From: an uncultured Bacteroidia bacterium
GTDB lineage: Bacteria; Bacteroidota; Bacteroidia; JACCXN01
Assembly: GCA_937995645.1 (NCBI GenBank)
Contig: CALKJP010000007.1
Span: forward strand, 1 to 52,716
Length of the DNA: 52,716 nt
Direction of reading: 5' to 3'
Shown here: in pieces, positions 43,285-52,716 of the stretch
Position numbering within the stretch: the stretch's first letter is position 1
Layout: each line of letters opens with the position of its first letter
The notes under the pieces: model-generated
What the model saw: the letters and a program-made list of their open reading frames with translations, nothing else
The model's database searches: none
Told to the model about the DNA's origin: nothing
Made by a program: the position numbers and the translations under genes

Positions 43285-43983
43285 CTATTTATTAATATCT
43301 AAAAATCGGGCAATATCTTTTGTTAATCCAAATACAACTATGGTATCAGTTTCGTATAAAACAGTGCTTGAATTGGGAACTCCTAAAATATGTTGTTCTA
43401 ACACTAATTCGTCTCCTTTTTTAATTTCAAAAGCTCGTTTTATGGTAACAAGATTTAAGCGGTATTTGTTTCTTAAACCGATGTCTTCGAGCGTTCTGTT
43501 GGCAATGGCAGGAGGAGTTTTTATTTCAGCAATTTCATAATCGTCAGGTAATTGCAGGTATGAAACAATATTCGGGTTTAATAATTTTTCGGCCACGGCA
43601 ATCCCAAATTCATCTTCAGGGGAGAGTATTTCTTTAATTCCTAATTTTTCTAAAATCATTCGTTGATAACCGCTACTGGCTCGAGCAATTATGCGTTTAA
43701 CATTTAATTCCATTAATTGAACGGTGCATAAAATCATGGATTCAAAATCTTCACCGATTGAAACAACAACAGCGTCCATGTCTTGAATGTTTTGAGCCTG
43801 AAGCGCTTTTTTATCGGTAGCATCAAGCACTACGGCATAGGCAACATCTTCTTTAATTGCTTCTATTTTTTCTTCATCACTGTCTATTACAATTACTTCT
43901 GCTCCACGTGATGAGAGGGTTTTAGCAATAGCTGTTCCAAATCTTCCTGTTCCTATTACGGCAAATTTGCTGTTAGTTAGCAT
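43285..43983 (-). CDS. TrkA/KtrA family potassium uptake regulatory protein
   Basis: 232 aa. IGTGRFG NAD-binding fold (TrkA-N) plus a TrkA-C-like C-terminus. Confidence 0.85.
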   Translation of the reverse strand: MLTNSKFAVIGTGRFGTAIAKTLSSRGAEVIVIDSDEEKIEAIKEDVAYAVVLDATDKKALQAQNIQDMDAVVVSIGEDFESMILCTVQLMELNVKRIIARASSGYQRMILEKLGIKEILSPEDEFGIAVAEKLLNPNIVSYLQLPDDYEIAEIKTPPAIANRTLEDIGLRNKYRLNLVTIKRAFEIKKGDELVLEQHILGVPNSSTVLYETDTIVVFGLTKDIARFLDINK

Positions 43984-43994
43984 GTTTGGTTAAA

Positions 43995-45149
43995 TTAATT
44001 TAGTGCTTGTTTTAAATCTTCAATTAAATCTTCAATATCTTCAGTACCAACGCTTAATCGAATTAAATTATCTACCACCCCTGCCTTTTCTCTTTCTTCT
44101 TTTGGAATAGATGCATGTGTCATCGTTGCGGGATGATTTAATAATGATTCTACTCCACCTAATGATTCTGCCAGCGAGAAAACTTTGGTAGATGAAGCTA
44201 TTCGAAATGTTTCGTTTATATTGCCATTTACTACAAATGAAATCATTCCACCAAATCCTTTCATTTGTTTTTTAGCGATGTGATGGTTGGGGTGATCTTC
44301 AAATCCCGGCCAGTAAACTTTTTCAACCTTTGGATGCGAGCGTAAAAAGTGTGCGATTTTTTCTCCGTTTTCGCAATGGCGCTGCATACGTAAATGCAAG
44401 GTTTTTATTCCTCGAATTACTAAAAAAGAATCCATTGGTCCGGGTGTTGCACCACATGAATTGTGGATAAATGCTAAGCGCTCATACAATTTATCATCAT
44501 TTAAAACCAATGCGCCCATTATAACATCGGAATGTCCTCCCAAATATTTGGTAACAGAATGCATTACAATATCAGCGCCTAAATCTATCGGATTTTGCAG
44601 ATATGGGGAAGCAAATGTATTATCTACTGCAAAAATTAAATTGTGAGCCTTTGCAATGGCCGAACATGCTGCTATATCAACTATTTGCATGGTTGGGTTG
44701 GTAGGAGTTTCAACCCAAAGCAAACGTGTATTTGCGTTTATATAGTTTTTAATATTGCCAGCATCATGCATATCCATAAAATGAAATTTGATACCCAGTG
44801 GTTCAAATACCTTTGTAAACATGCGGTAAGAGCCGCCATACAAATCATTTCCGGTTATTACTTCGTCACCGGGCTTTAATAATTTAATTACAGCATCTAC
44901 AGCTCCCATTCCGCTTGAAAAGCACAAGCCATATTTTGCATTTTCAAGAGCTGCAATATTTTTTTCTAATGCAGCACGTGTTGGGTTTTTACCGCGCGCA
45001 TAAGCATATCCTTTATGTTTGCCCGGATATTCCTGAACAAAAGTTGATGTTTGATAAATTGGAGTCATGATAGCTCCTGTGCTTGGGTCGGGTTCCATGC
45101 CGGCATGTATGGCTTTAGTGCCAAAACCGTATTTTTTATTTGAATCCAT
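43995..45149 (-). CDS. Cys/Met-metabolism PLP-dependent enzyme (cystathionine gamma-synthase/lyase family)
   Basis: 384 aa. PLP-lysine motif SVTKYLGGHSD. The exact reaction cannot be assigned from sequence alone. Confidence 0.85.
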   Translation of the reverse strand: MDSNKKYGFGTKAIHAGMEPDPSTGAIMTPIYQTSTFVQEYPGKHKGYAYARGKNPTRAALEKNIAALENAKYGLCFSSGMGAVDAVIKLLKPGDEVITGNDLYGGSYRMFTKVFEPLGIKFHFMDMHDAGNIKNYINANTRLLWVETPTNPTMQIVDIAACSAIAKAHNLIFAVDNTFASPYLQNPIDLGADIVMHSVTKYLGGHSDVIMGALVLNDDKLYERLAFIHNSCGATPGPMDSFLVIRGIKTLHLRMQRHCENGEKIAHFLRSHPKVEKVYWPGFEDHPNHHIAKKQMKGFGGMISFVVNGNINETFRIASSTKVFSLAESLGGVESLLNHPATMTHASIPKEEREKAGVVDNLIRLSVGTEDIEDLIEDLKQALN

Positions 45150-45211
45150 GCTTTAAAATTTTAGCTAAGGTACGGTTTTTAGAAAAAATCTATTTAAGAT
45201 AGTTTATGTTT

Positions 45212-46786
45212 TTATGTTGTATGTTCTTCTCCTTTTACAATTAAAAGGGTGTTGAATAAAGCAAAAAAAGTAATTCCTGCTTGTGTTTCAAGAGTGTCTT
45301 CAGTAAGCATAGAGGTTAATGCTATAATTATAAACGTAGCATAAAAGTAGTTAAGGTTATTTCTATTTAGCCATATAGGATAAATTAAGCAGAAAATAAA
45401 TATAAATAATCCGATAATACCTAATGCTACTGTTATTTCCAGATATTGATTGTGTGCTCGCAATCGGTTATGGGTGTCTAAAGGAGAATTGTTTTTTTTG
45501 TATTGAGCTAAAAATGCGGTATTCACATCGCCTGTTCCAACGCCCAACAAAATGTTATCTTTTATAATTCCAATGGCCGCTTTCCAAAATTCTAAACGCA
45601 TAGTAAGAGAATGTCCGTTTGGATTGTTGCCTTTTTTATAGTTATAAATTTCCCATATTATTTGATGAATGCGGTCGTTAATGCTGGAACTCTCCATGTA
45701 TTCTACGTTGGCTATTCCTTTTTCAACGGCTTTTATTTCAGCAGAGCTTAAGCTTAATAGACCTTCGCGGTCTTTTCTCAAACCTTTAGATGTAAGGAAA
45801 CGAATCAATGTGTGTCGTATAGGATTACCTTTTAAATCAAGGCTATCGAGTGGAATTTTACTTATTTCGTTCCATGTATTTTTAAGTTCTTCATTTGTTA
45901 CATAAATCCAGATTAAGTTACCGTTTTCGTGTTCAAGATTTTCGGTATTATGATAGTAAAATTCGCCCGATGCGCTTTGTTTGTCAAGTTTTGAGTAATC
46001 AACCGGTTTTATATAACTTACTTGTTGATAAATTGTATAAAGGTAAATGGCAAAGGTTGCAATGCCTATTAAAACAGTTGAAAAATATGCAATTTTTAAA
46101 AATTGTTTCTTGATTTTAAATACATAATAAGAAAGTAAAATTAAGGTAGTAAGCCCTAAAATGGTAAGCCCTGTCATTGATTCTAAAAGCAGCAACATAC
46201 CTGTCATCCAAAAAACAAAAAAAAGAAAAAGGTATCGTACGTTGGTTTTTTCTGTTATAAAAAAGTAAGCACTTAACAATGCTGCAAAGCAAATCATGAG
46301 GGCAAATCGGATATGCGAAACAAATATGGAGATGTTTCTAATATCAATTATTTCTTTTCCGGTAATTCCGCTGAATATTGCTACACTTACTAATGAAGAT
46401 GTAAAAACGGTTATAATAAAAAGTTTTAATAATTGGATTAAATGCTGCTTTTGAATTAAGGGCGATGAGGCTGCAATAACCGGAAGAAACAATAAGGGCA
46501 GTTTTTTTCGCAGATCATCCACTCCGTATTTTAAATCGCTGGTGTAAAGCATGCCTAATAGATGAATCAGGTAAATTCCGCTAAGAATTAATGCTGGTTT
46601 ATTTTTAAAGAATGACTGAAAGCTTTTTATTGGGTTTCTATAGAGCAAAAGCCAGTTCCCCAATAGAAAGAACTGTGCAACACTCATCAAAAATTTTGAA
46701 AAGGGAAGAGCAATAATCAATAAGGCAATACCAACTAAATAGCGTTGATAATAGTTGGATGGCGCAAAAAAGCTTAAAAGATTCAT
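45212..46786 (-). CDS. O-antigen ligase (Wzy_C) family membrane protein
   Basis: 524 aa, polytopic. A large loop is followed by a RAHNQYLEITVALGIIG motif typical of O-antigen ligase-like proteins. Confidence 0.7.
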   Translation of the reverse strand: MNLLSFFAPSNYYQRYLVGIALLIIALPFSKFLMSVAQFFLLGNWLLLYRNPIKSFQSFFKNKPALILSGIYLIHLLGMLYTSDLKYGVDDLRKKLPLLFLPVIAASSPLIQKQHLIQLLKLFIITVFTSSLVSVAIFSGITGKEIIDIRNISIFVSHIRFALMICFAALLSAYFFITEKTNVRYLFLFFVFWMTGMLLLLESMTGLTILGLTTLILLSYYVFKIKKQFLKIAYFSTVLIGIATFAIYLYTIYQQVSYIKPVDYSKLDKQSASGEFYYHNTENLEHENGNLIWIYVTNEELKNTWNEISKIPLDSLDLKGNPIRHTLIRFLTSKGLRKDREGLLSLSSAEIKAVEKGIANVEYMESSSINDRIHQIIWEIYNYKKGNNPNGHSLTMRLEFWKAAIGIIKDNILLGVGTGDVNTAFLAQYKKNNSPLDTHNRLRAHNQYLEITVALGIIGLFIFIFCLIYPIWLNRNNLNYFYATFIIIALTSMLTEDTLETQAGITFFALFNTLLIVKGEEHTT

Positions 46787-46818
46787 AACCCGTGAAGTGA
46801 AACGAGAAAAAATGCTTT

Positions 46819-48486
46819 TTATTGCTTTTTAGTATTGCCGATTTCGCCTTTTAAAACCTGAGTGTATTGCTTAGTATCGTTTAGTATTTCAGATGCTTTT
46901 TTAATATCGACATCGTAGGTAAATGAATTTTCAATCCTACCTCGTTGATAATAATAACGCGATACAATTTCATTTTCCAATAGTTCTTTTATTTCATCTT
47001 TAAAGCGATATAAATCGTTTTGCTTATTTTTCTTTATTTTTGAATTAAGCGCTTCAAGTTCGGTTTCCACATCTTTTAAATACTTTTCTTTTTCAGCAGT
47101 AGCTTTTATGTCTTCAAGCATTTTTTCTGTTGTAGTGGTGTAACTGTAATCTTTGCCATCTAAAAATTTTACAAAATCGTTAAATTCGGCTTCGCTTAAT
47201 CTGAATTCGCGTGCATTACCAATAGTTTCGTGTTTTATGCGATAATGTGTAGCAAAATCGAAAATATGATTTTTATTTAATAATACTGCTGAAATAATCG
47301 AAAATTCACGATTATCGGTATTAATATCAGGTTCGATTCCATTGCCATCATAAACTAAACGTCCTCCTTTGGTTTTAAATGTAGTGATTAAAGAGTCGGC
47401 TATTTTAGTGGCTTTGCCCTCTTCATCTTTATGCGAATAGTCCAGTTTTTGAATACATCTTCCACTTGGAGTATAGTATTTTGCAACGGTTAATTTTAGT
47501 TGTGCGTTATAGCTTAATGGACGAGTTTGTTGCACCAATCCTTTGCCAAATGATCGTTCACCAATTACAACACCTCTGTCAAAATCTTGAATAGCGCCTG
47601 CTACAATTTCTGATGCTGAAGCGGAGTTGCCATTAATAACCACAACTAATGGGATTTCTAAATCGAGCGGAGAATTTAAGGCTTTGTGAACCTTGTCCCA
47701 TTCTTTAATTTTTCCTCGCGTGCTTACTACATCAGAACCCTTTGGTACAAAAAAATTGACAATATTTACTGCTTCTTTTAAAAGCCCACCTCCATTATCG
47801 CGCAAATCAAAAATTAATTTTTTCATGCCTTTTGATTTTAAATCTATAAAGGCATCTTTTACTTCACGACTGGCAGTTTCGGTAAATCCGGTAAGTTTAA
47901 TGTATCCAACATCATCTTTTAGCATACCATAATAAGGAACGTTGTTTACTTTAATTTCTTGACGTATTAATTTTTTTTCGATGCGATTTTTTTCTCCCTC
48001 TCGCTCAATTATTAATGTAACTTCTGAATTTGCTTGTCCCTTCAATATTTTACTTACATCCGATGAGTTTTTTCCTTTAATATTTTTACCGTTTACCTCA
48101 ATAATTACATCACCTGCACGTATATCTGCCTTTTGAGCCGGTGAGCCTTCATAGGGTTCAACTATAACTATATAATCATCTTTTTGACGAATAATTGCAC
48201 CAATACCACCGTATTCACCAGTAGTCATAAAACGAAAATCTTCAATTTCGCTTTCAGGAATATAGTTTGTGTATGGGTCAAGCGATTCCAGCATGGAGTC
48301 GATGCCTTTTTTCATGAGCTCTCCTGGTTGTGTTTCATCAACGTAATACATATTAAGCTCGCGAAAAAGCGTAGCAAAAATGTCGAGGTTTTTAGATATT
48401 TCGAAGTAATTATCTACAAAGCTAAACGACAAAAAAGAGCTTGCCGCAATGGATAGTATAAGTAAATATTTTTTGAAAGATTTCAT
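46819..48486 (-). CDS. S41 family C-terminal processing peptidase
   Basis: 555 aa. PDZ segment (GDVIIEVNG), Ser motif NGNSASASE and Lys motif GKGLVQ, plus a C-terminal coiled-coil extension. Confidence 0.9.
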   Translation of the reverse strand: MKSFKKYLLILSIAASSFLSFSFVDNYFEISKNLDIFATLFRELNMYYVDETQPGELMKKGIDSMLESLDPYTNYIPESEIEDFRFMTTGEYGGIGAIIRQKDDYIVIVEPYEGSPAQKADIRAGDVIIEVNGKNIKGKNSSDVSKILKGQANSEVTLIIEREGEKNRIEKKLIRQEIKVNNVPYYGMLKDDVGYIKLTGFTETASREVKDAFIDLKSKGMKKLIFDLRDNGGGLLKEAVNIVNFFVPKGSDVVSTRGKIKEWDKVHKALNSPLDLEIPLVVVINGNSASASEIVAGAIQDFDRGVVIGERSFGKGLVQQTRPLSYNAQLKLTVAKYYTPSGRCIQKLDYSHKDEEGKATKIADSLITTFKTKGGRLVYDGNGIEPDINTDNREFSIISAVLLNKNHIFDFATHYRIKHETIGNAREFRLSEAEFNDFVKFLDGKDYSYTTTTEKMLEDIKATAEKEKYLKDVETELEALNSKIKKNKQNDLYRFKDEIKELLENEIVSRYYYQRGRIENSFTYDVDIKKASEILNDTKQYTQVLKGEIGNTKKQ

Positions 48487-48550
48487 TGTTGTTTTATTAC
48501 TGTTTGCAAAAATATGTGTTAAAGTTTTAAAGTATTAAAGTTAGAAAATT

Positions 48551-48590
48551 GAAATTTATAGAAATTATTAGAAACTTATTGAGATTTATT
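48551..48590. repeat. Four helically phased 10-bp repeats (GARAYTTATT-like)
   Basis: gaaatttata gaaattatta gaaacttatt gagatttatt, 65-105 nt upstream of the S41 protease start. Confidence 0.7.
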
Positions 48591-48753
48591 GTTTTTAAAA
48601 TTTCAGATTACAGATTAAAAAATTCTAAAATCATAAATCTTAATTCATAATTCATAAACATCTTTTGTCTTTGCACTTTTTTCTATTTTCAATTTGATTA
48701 TTGCCAACTGCTTACTGCCAACCCTTAATTCCAACATTTCCACATTCACACAT

Positions 48754-48975
48754 TTACGGTACCGGATCGTGCCCATGTCCTCCCAAGGGGTGGCATCGCG
48801 AAACACGCTTTAAAGTTAATAAAGTTCCCTTAAATGGACCATGTTTTTTTATAGCTTCCATACCATACTCCGAGCAGGTGGGGGTGTATCGGCATGCTCT
48901 TGGTAAATAGGGCGAAACAGCTCCTTTATATAGTTTTAAAAGCAGAATTAAAAGGTATGAAACAGGGTTTTTCAC
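48754..48975 (-). CDS. yidD: Membrane protein insertion efficiency factor YidD
   Basis: 73 aa. The GTG start overlaps the rnpA stop (GTGA). CRYTPTCSEY motif. Confidence 0.9.
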   Translation of the reverse strand: MKNPVSYLLILLLKLYKGAVSPYLPRACRYTPTCSEYGMEAIKKHGPFKGTLLTLKRVSRCHPLGGHGHDPVP

Positions 48976-49355
48976 GCTGATTGGGTTGATAGTTTTTCGT
49001 TTAAACGCTGTAGGATTAATTTTATTTTTTGTTCAATTTCAGCATAAGAGCACTCTGTTTTATCTGTAAAAATAAACATAAAGCATAGTTTTGTGTTATC
49101 GGGAAGTGTTAATAAATGTTTGTTTTTACGATAGGCTTCGCGCATTCTACGTTTAATTTTATTGCGATGAACTGCTTTTTTTATATTTTTTTTCGGAACG
49201 CTAAAGCATGACTGATGTGCCATTGCATTCGGATTGTTGTTGATTTGATATATTAATTTTACAGGAAAAGATGAAATTTTTTCGCCTTTGGCAAAAAGAC
49301 TTTCAATGGCTTTTCGGCTTTTAAGTCGCTCGGTTTTATAAAGGCGCTGATTCAT
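48972..49355 (-). CDS. rnpA: Ribonuclease P protein component
   Basis: 127 aa, basic. KAVHRNKIKRRMREAYR motif, with the conserved rnpA-yidD pairing. Confidence 0.85.
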   Translation of the reverse strand: MNQRLYKTERLKSRKAIESLFAKGEKISSFPVKLIYQINNNPNAMAHQSCFSVPKKNIKKAVHRNKIKRRMREAYRKNKHLLTLPDNTKLCFMFIFTDKTECSYAEIEQKIKLILQRLNEKLSTQSA

Positions 49356-49423
49356 TTATAAAAGCAAAGTTAATATTTGTTTAATTCCTTCGTATAATTC
49401 TTAAACTTGCACTCTATATTCCT

Positions 49424-49431
49424 TACCTTTG
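49424..49431 (+). promoter_or_regulatory. Candidate -7 box for rlmN (near-leaderless)
   Basis: TACCTTTG matches TAnnTTTG and ends 4 nt before ATG 49436. Confidence 0.3.
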
Positions 49432-49435
49432 TAAA

Positions 49436-50509
49436 ATGTCAGAAATAGTTAAGAAGCGAGATATAAGAGCTCTTACTTTGGAGCAGCTTAAAGAGATTTT
49501 TGTGGCTCGTGGCGATAAGGCATTTCGTGCAGCACAAACCTATGAATGGTTATGGAAGAAATCAGCACGCAATTTTGATGATATGAGCAATCTTTCGAAA
49601 GAAACCCGTCAGTTTTTGAAAGATAATTTTGTGATTAACGAAGTAGTGGTGGATGATAAACAAGTGAGTAATGACGGCACCATAAAATGCGCATTTAAAC
49701 TGTCTGACAACTATGTGGTTGAAGGAGTTTTAATACCTACAGAAAACCGAATGACGGCATGTATATCATCGCAAGTGGGCTGCAGTTTAACCTGTAAGTT
49801 TTGTGCTACAGCGCGCTTAAAACGCATGCGTAACCTTAATGCTGATGAGATTTACGATCAGGTGGTTAATATTCGCAATATTGCCATGCAGCATTACAAT
49901 ATGCCATTAACCAATATTGTATTTATGGGCATGGGAGAGCCGCTGCTAAACTATAATAATGTTCTTGCTGCAATCGAAAAAATAACTTCAGAAGATGGCT
50001 TACATATGGCTGCCAAACGCATTACGCTTTCTACAGCCGGAGTAGCCAAAATGATAAAAAAACTGGCAGACGATCAAGTGCGTTTTAATCTGGCGTTATC
50101 GCTCCATGCAGCTAACGATGAAAAGCGCAGTAAAATTATGCCCATTAACGAGCAAAACAATTTGGAAGTGCTGGCTGATGCGCTCAAGTATTTTTATCAG
50201 AAAACAAAAAATAAAATCACATTTGAATACATTATTTTCAAAGATTTTAATGATAAACTGCAAGATGCAAAAGAGCTGGCAGAGTTCTGTAAACATGTGC
50301 CTGCCAAAGTAAATATTATAGAATACAATCCAATTGATGATGGCGAGTTTAAACAGGCAGATTCGGATAAAGTTGACAGATTTAAAGCCTATCTTGAAAG
50401 CAGAGGCATTGTTGTAAATATTCGCAGAAGCAGAGGTAAAGATATTGATGCTGCCTGCGGACAGCTTGCCAATAAAAACGAAGCTGCCAAACAGCTCTTA
50501 AGTACTTAA
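49436..50509 (+). CDS. rlmN: 23S rRNA (adenine2503-C2)-methyltransferase, radical SAM
   Basis: 357 aa. CxxxCxxC cluster GCSLTCKFCAT, and a C-terminal DIDAACGQL catalytic Cys. Confidence 0.95.
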   Translation: MSEIVKKRDIRALTLEQLKEIFVARGDKAFRAAQTYEWLWKKSARNFDDMSNLSKETRQFLKDNFVINEVVVDDKQVSNDGTIKCAFKLSDNYVVEGVLIPTENRMTACISSQVGCSLTCKFCATARLKRMRNLNADEIYDQVVNIRNIAMQHYNMPLTNIVFMGMGEPLLNYNNVLAAIEKITSEDGLHMAAKRITLSTAGVAKMIKKLADDQVRFNLALSLHAANDEKRSKIMPINEQNNLEVLADALKYFYQKTKNKITFEYIIFKDFNDKLQDAKELAEFCKHVPAKVNIIEYNPIDDGEFKQADSDKVDRFKAYLESRGIVVNIRRSRGKDIDAACGQLANKNEAAKQLLST

Positions 50510-50520
50510 TAAAATTTTCA

Positions 50521-52134
50521 ATGCGCTTTTTAATACTAAAATACTTCTTTAGTTTATTTGTTGTTGTAACATTAAATTTTGGTTTGAGTGCTCAAGATAT
50601 AAGCTGGAGCCCTCAATACGAATTGCCAAAGCGCACCTATATTAAAAAAATTATAGACGCTTCTCCCAATCATTTCTTTATACTCAGAGAAAGTTATACA
50701 GTAATAAATGCCCGCAAAGAGTTATGGCTGGAGCAGTATCTAACATCTGATATGTCGCTTAAGCAAAAGCAGCTAATTAAATTTCCGGTAGTTAATGGCG
50801 TAATATTAAATTATGAAGAGTTGTTTTTTCTAGACGGGAAACTTATAATACTATATTCCGGGTATAATCATAATGATGGTGTTTATAAAGCATATGCACA
50901 GTTGATAGGAGAAGATGCAAGCCCAATAACGAATCCTGTTCAAGTTGATAAAATAGTTTCTTTTCAGCGCAAAAATATTGGCGATTTTAATTTTATTCCC
51001 ATGCCCGAAAGTGGCAATTTGCTGGTTGTACATCAGGAGCCTTATGACAAAACCCGAAACGAACGATTTGTATTTACCTTAATAAATGATAGTTTAATAG
51101 AACTATGGACACATCAGCTGGAGCTTCCTTATAAAGGCTTTGAGTTTAAATTATCTAATTTTAAAATGGACAAAGAAGGCGTTATTTACATGTTGGCTAA
51201 AGTAAACCGCAGGCCAGAAGTAGAGTCAGATAAGCCTCAGGCAGGATATTTTTATACCTTATTAGCATACGATCCAATAAAAGACGAAGCACGCGAATAC
51301 GAACTTACTTTAAAAGATAAGGCCATTACCGATATAGCCTTTAATTTTTCGGCAGAAGGCGATTTAATTGCAGCAGGGTTTTATTCCAATAATGTGCGTT
51401 CGCAAAGCTCCAGCACCGCCATGCGCTATGGTTTCGATATGATAAGCTATACCGATGTAAACAGTCGGATTGCAGGAACATTTTTTCTTAAAATAAATAA
51501 ACAAACACAACAGGTAGTTAGCCGTTCGGTAAAAGATTTTGATAAAACATTTTTAACCGAATTTATGCCTGAAAAAAGCGTTGCCAAAGGCAGAGAGCTT
51601 GCCGGTTATTTACTCGACTATTTTTATGTTACACCAGATGGAGGAGCTTTGCTTGCCGGAGAGCAATATTATACTAACACAATTTGTAATTACGACTGGA
51701 GAACAGGAATTCAAAACTGTAATGATTATTATTACTACAACGATATTCTGGTTGTAAATATCAATCCTGATGGAAGTATTAACTGGACAAAGAAAGTACC
51801 TAAAGCGCAGCAATCGGTAAACGATAATGGTTTTTTTCTTTCCTATGTTTTAATTCCAACTGCCAATGGCTTTGAATTTATTTTTAACGACCATGTAAAA
51901 AATGTATTTGAACCATCCGGAATTATTCATCGCAGCATGAATAATTCATCTAAAGCAGTGGTTGCTCGAGTACACATGGATTATAATGGGAAAATCAATA
52001 AAAAGCCCTTGTTTTTAAATAAAGATAAAGATGTAATAATTCGCCCTAAAATACATTTGCTGCTTAATGATAACTCCTTGCTTATTTACGGTCAGCGCGG
52101 TAAAAGCTATCGCTTTGGAAGGATAAAGTTTTAA
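50521..52134 (+). CDS. Secreted hypothetical protein
   Basis: 537 aa. Signal peptide ending GLSAQ. I recognise no motif. Aromatic-rich, beta-strand-like composition. Confidence 0.6.
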   Translation: MRFLILKYFFSLFVVVTLNFGLSAQDISWSPQYELPKRTYIKKIIDASPNHFFILRESYTVINARKELWLEQYLTSDMSLKQKQLIKFPVVNGVILNYEELFFLDGKLIILYSGYNHNDGVYKAYAQLIGEDASPITNPVQVDKIVSFQRKNIGDFNFIPMPESGNLLVVHQEPYDKTRNERFVFTLINDSLIELWTHQLELPYKGFEFKLSNFKMDKEGVIYMLAKVNRRPEVESDKPQAGYFYTLLAYDPIKDEAREYELTLKDKAITDIAFNFSAEGDLIAAGFYSNNVRSQSSSTAMRYGFDMISYTDVNSRIAGTFFLKINKQTQQVVSRSVKDFDKTFLTEFMPEKSVAKGRELAGYLLDYFYVTPDGGALLAGEQYYTNTICNYDWRTGIQNCNDYYYYNDILVVNINPDGSINWTKKVPKAQQSVNDNGFFLSYVLIPTANGFEFIFNDHVKNVFEPSGIIHRSMNNSSKAVVARVHMDYNGKINKKPLFLNKDKDVIIRPKIHLLLNDNSLLIYGQRGKSYRFGRIKF

Positions 52135-52171
52135 ACAAAAATCCCATTTTAATCGTTATTTTTACCAACTG

Positions 52172-52716
52172 ATGACAGTAGTTGATCAAATAAAAGCTCC
52201 CATTGCATCTGAAATGGATACGTTTGAAACTAAGTTTCGCGAATCTATGAAGAGCCAAGTGCCTTTGCTGGATAAAATTACCCATTATATTGTAAAACGT
52301 AAGGGTAAACAAATGCGCCCTATGTTTGTATTTTTATCGGCAAAACTTACGGGCACTTTAAATGAATCTTCTTACACAGCTGCATCTTTAATTGAACTAT
52401 TACACACTGCAACCTTAGTGCATGATGATATTGTAGATGATTCTACTGAGCGCAGAGGATTTTTCTCCATTAATGCTTTATGGAAAAATAAAATTGCAGT
52501 TTTAGTTGGCGATTATTTATTATCCAGAGGTTTATTGCTTTCGGTTGATAATCATGAATACCGATTGTTGCAAATAGTTTCTAATTCAGTGAGAGAAATG
52601 AGCGAAGGAGAATTGTTGCAAATTGAAAAGGCTCGCAAACTAAATGTAGATGAAAGTATTTATTTCGAAATTATTCGCCAGAAAACAGCATCCTTAATTG
52701 CTTCATGTTGTGCCTG
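52172..52716 (+). CDS. Polyprenyl diphosphate synthase (IspB-like), 5' partial, runs off the window
   Basis: Not in the ORF track because it has no stop in the window. ATG at 52172, MRPMFVFL, and the first Asp-rich motif LVHDDIVDD. Confidence 0.85.
   Translation, partial: MTVVDQIKAPIASEMDTFETKFRESMKSQVPLLDKITHYIVKRKGKQMRPMFVFLSAKLTGTLNESSYTAASLIELLHTATLVHDDIVDDSTERRGFFSINALWKNKIAVLVGDYLLSRGLLLSVDNHEYRLLQIVSNSVREMSEGELLQIEKARKLNVDESIYFEIIRQKTASLIASCCA

Noticed and set aside
45150-45211. A search for a SAM or other riboswitch upstream of the Cys/Met PLP enzyme gene, and for leader structures upstream of hemA (15021-15164).
   Set aside because: The spacer before the PLP gene is only 62 nt with no conserved helices. 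The hemA upstream region shows only the neighbouring gene's terminator and no recognisable riboswitch core.
48541-48700. A possible CRISPR or other spacer-repeat array in the AT-rich iterated region.
   Set aside because: The repeat period is 7-10 bp with no unique spacers, and no cas genes are present. The region is treated as phased regulatory or low-complexity DNA instead.
48701-48910. The 69-aa plus-strand ORF opposite yidD.
   Set aside because: It overlaps the conserved yidD CDS on the opposite strand. Its N-terminal part translates the tgccaac low-complexity words.

Overview
This is an AT-rich chromosomal segment that looks like Bacteroidota, probably Flavobacteriia-like; the taxon is an inference from gene content only. 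The supporting signs are type IX secretion (T9SS) and gliding-type genes, TAnnTTTG promoter boxes, an uppS-bamA-skp-skp-murI cluster and a hemA-hemCD-hemB cluster. I support about 45 protein genes, one tRNA-Asn and several hairpin terminators. Most of the window is housekeeping. On the plus strand: SDR, trmB, an ATL-type MGMT protein, mrp/apbC, nifU-like, a PfkB kinase, rlmN and a partial polyprenyl synthase. On the minus strand: S46 peptidase, fumC, arsC-family, prfB with its +1 frameshift, a SPOR protein, the heme genes, ktrA, a Cys/Met PLP enzyme, an O-antigen-ligase-like protein, S41 protease, yidD and rnpA. Six parts are unusual or accessory. (1) At 5.87-6.45 kb, an intact tRNA-Asn lies between two degenerate tRNA-Asn-like copies carrying 16-nt TCCCG-N6-CGGGA palindromes, and a GIY-YIG nuclease ORF terminates inside one copy. 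(2) A 10.4-kb gene encodes a 3458-aa T9SS type-B adhesin with 39 SprB-type repeats and a TTG start; its PorP/SprF partner follows it. (3) A divergent locus centred on a Fur-family regulator holds a DUF4625-like lipoprotein, a TonB-dependent receptor, a 73-aa Cys/His-rich lipoprotein and a receiver domain lacking the phospho-acceptor Asp. (4) A 685-bp non-coding stretch is packed with strong palindromes. (5) A heptanucleotide repeat lies in the signal-peptide region of a TonB-dependent receptor. (6) A helically phased 10-bp repeat array lies upstream of the S41 protease gene. I found no CRISPR array, integrase, transposase, toxin-antitoxin pair or recognisable defence genes. All family calls come from motifs read by eye, since no searches were possible.
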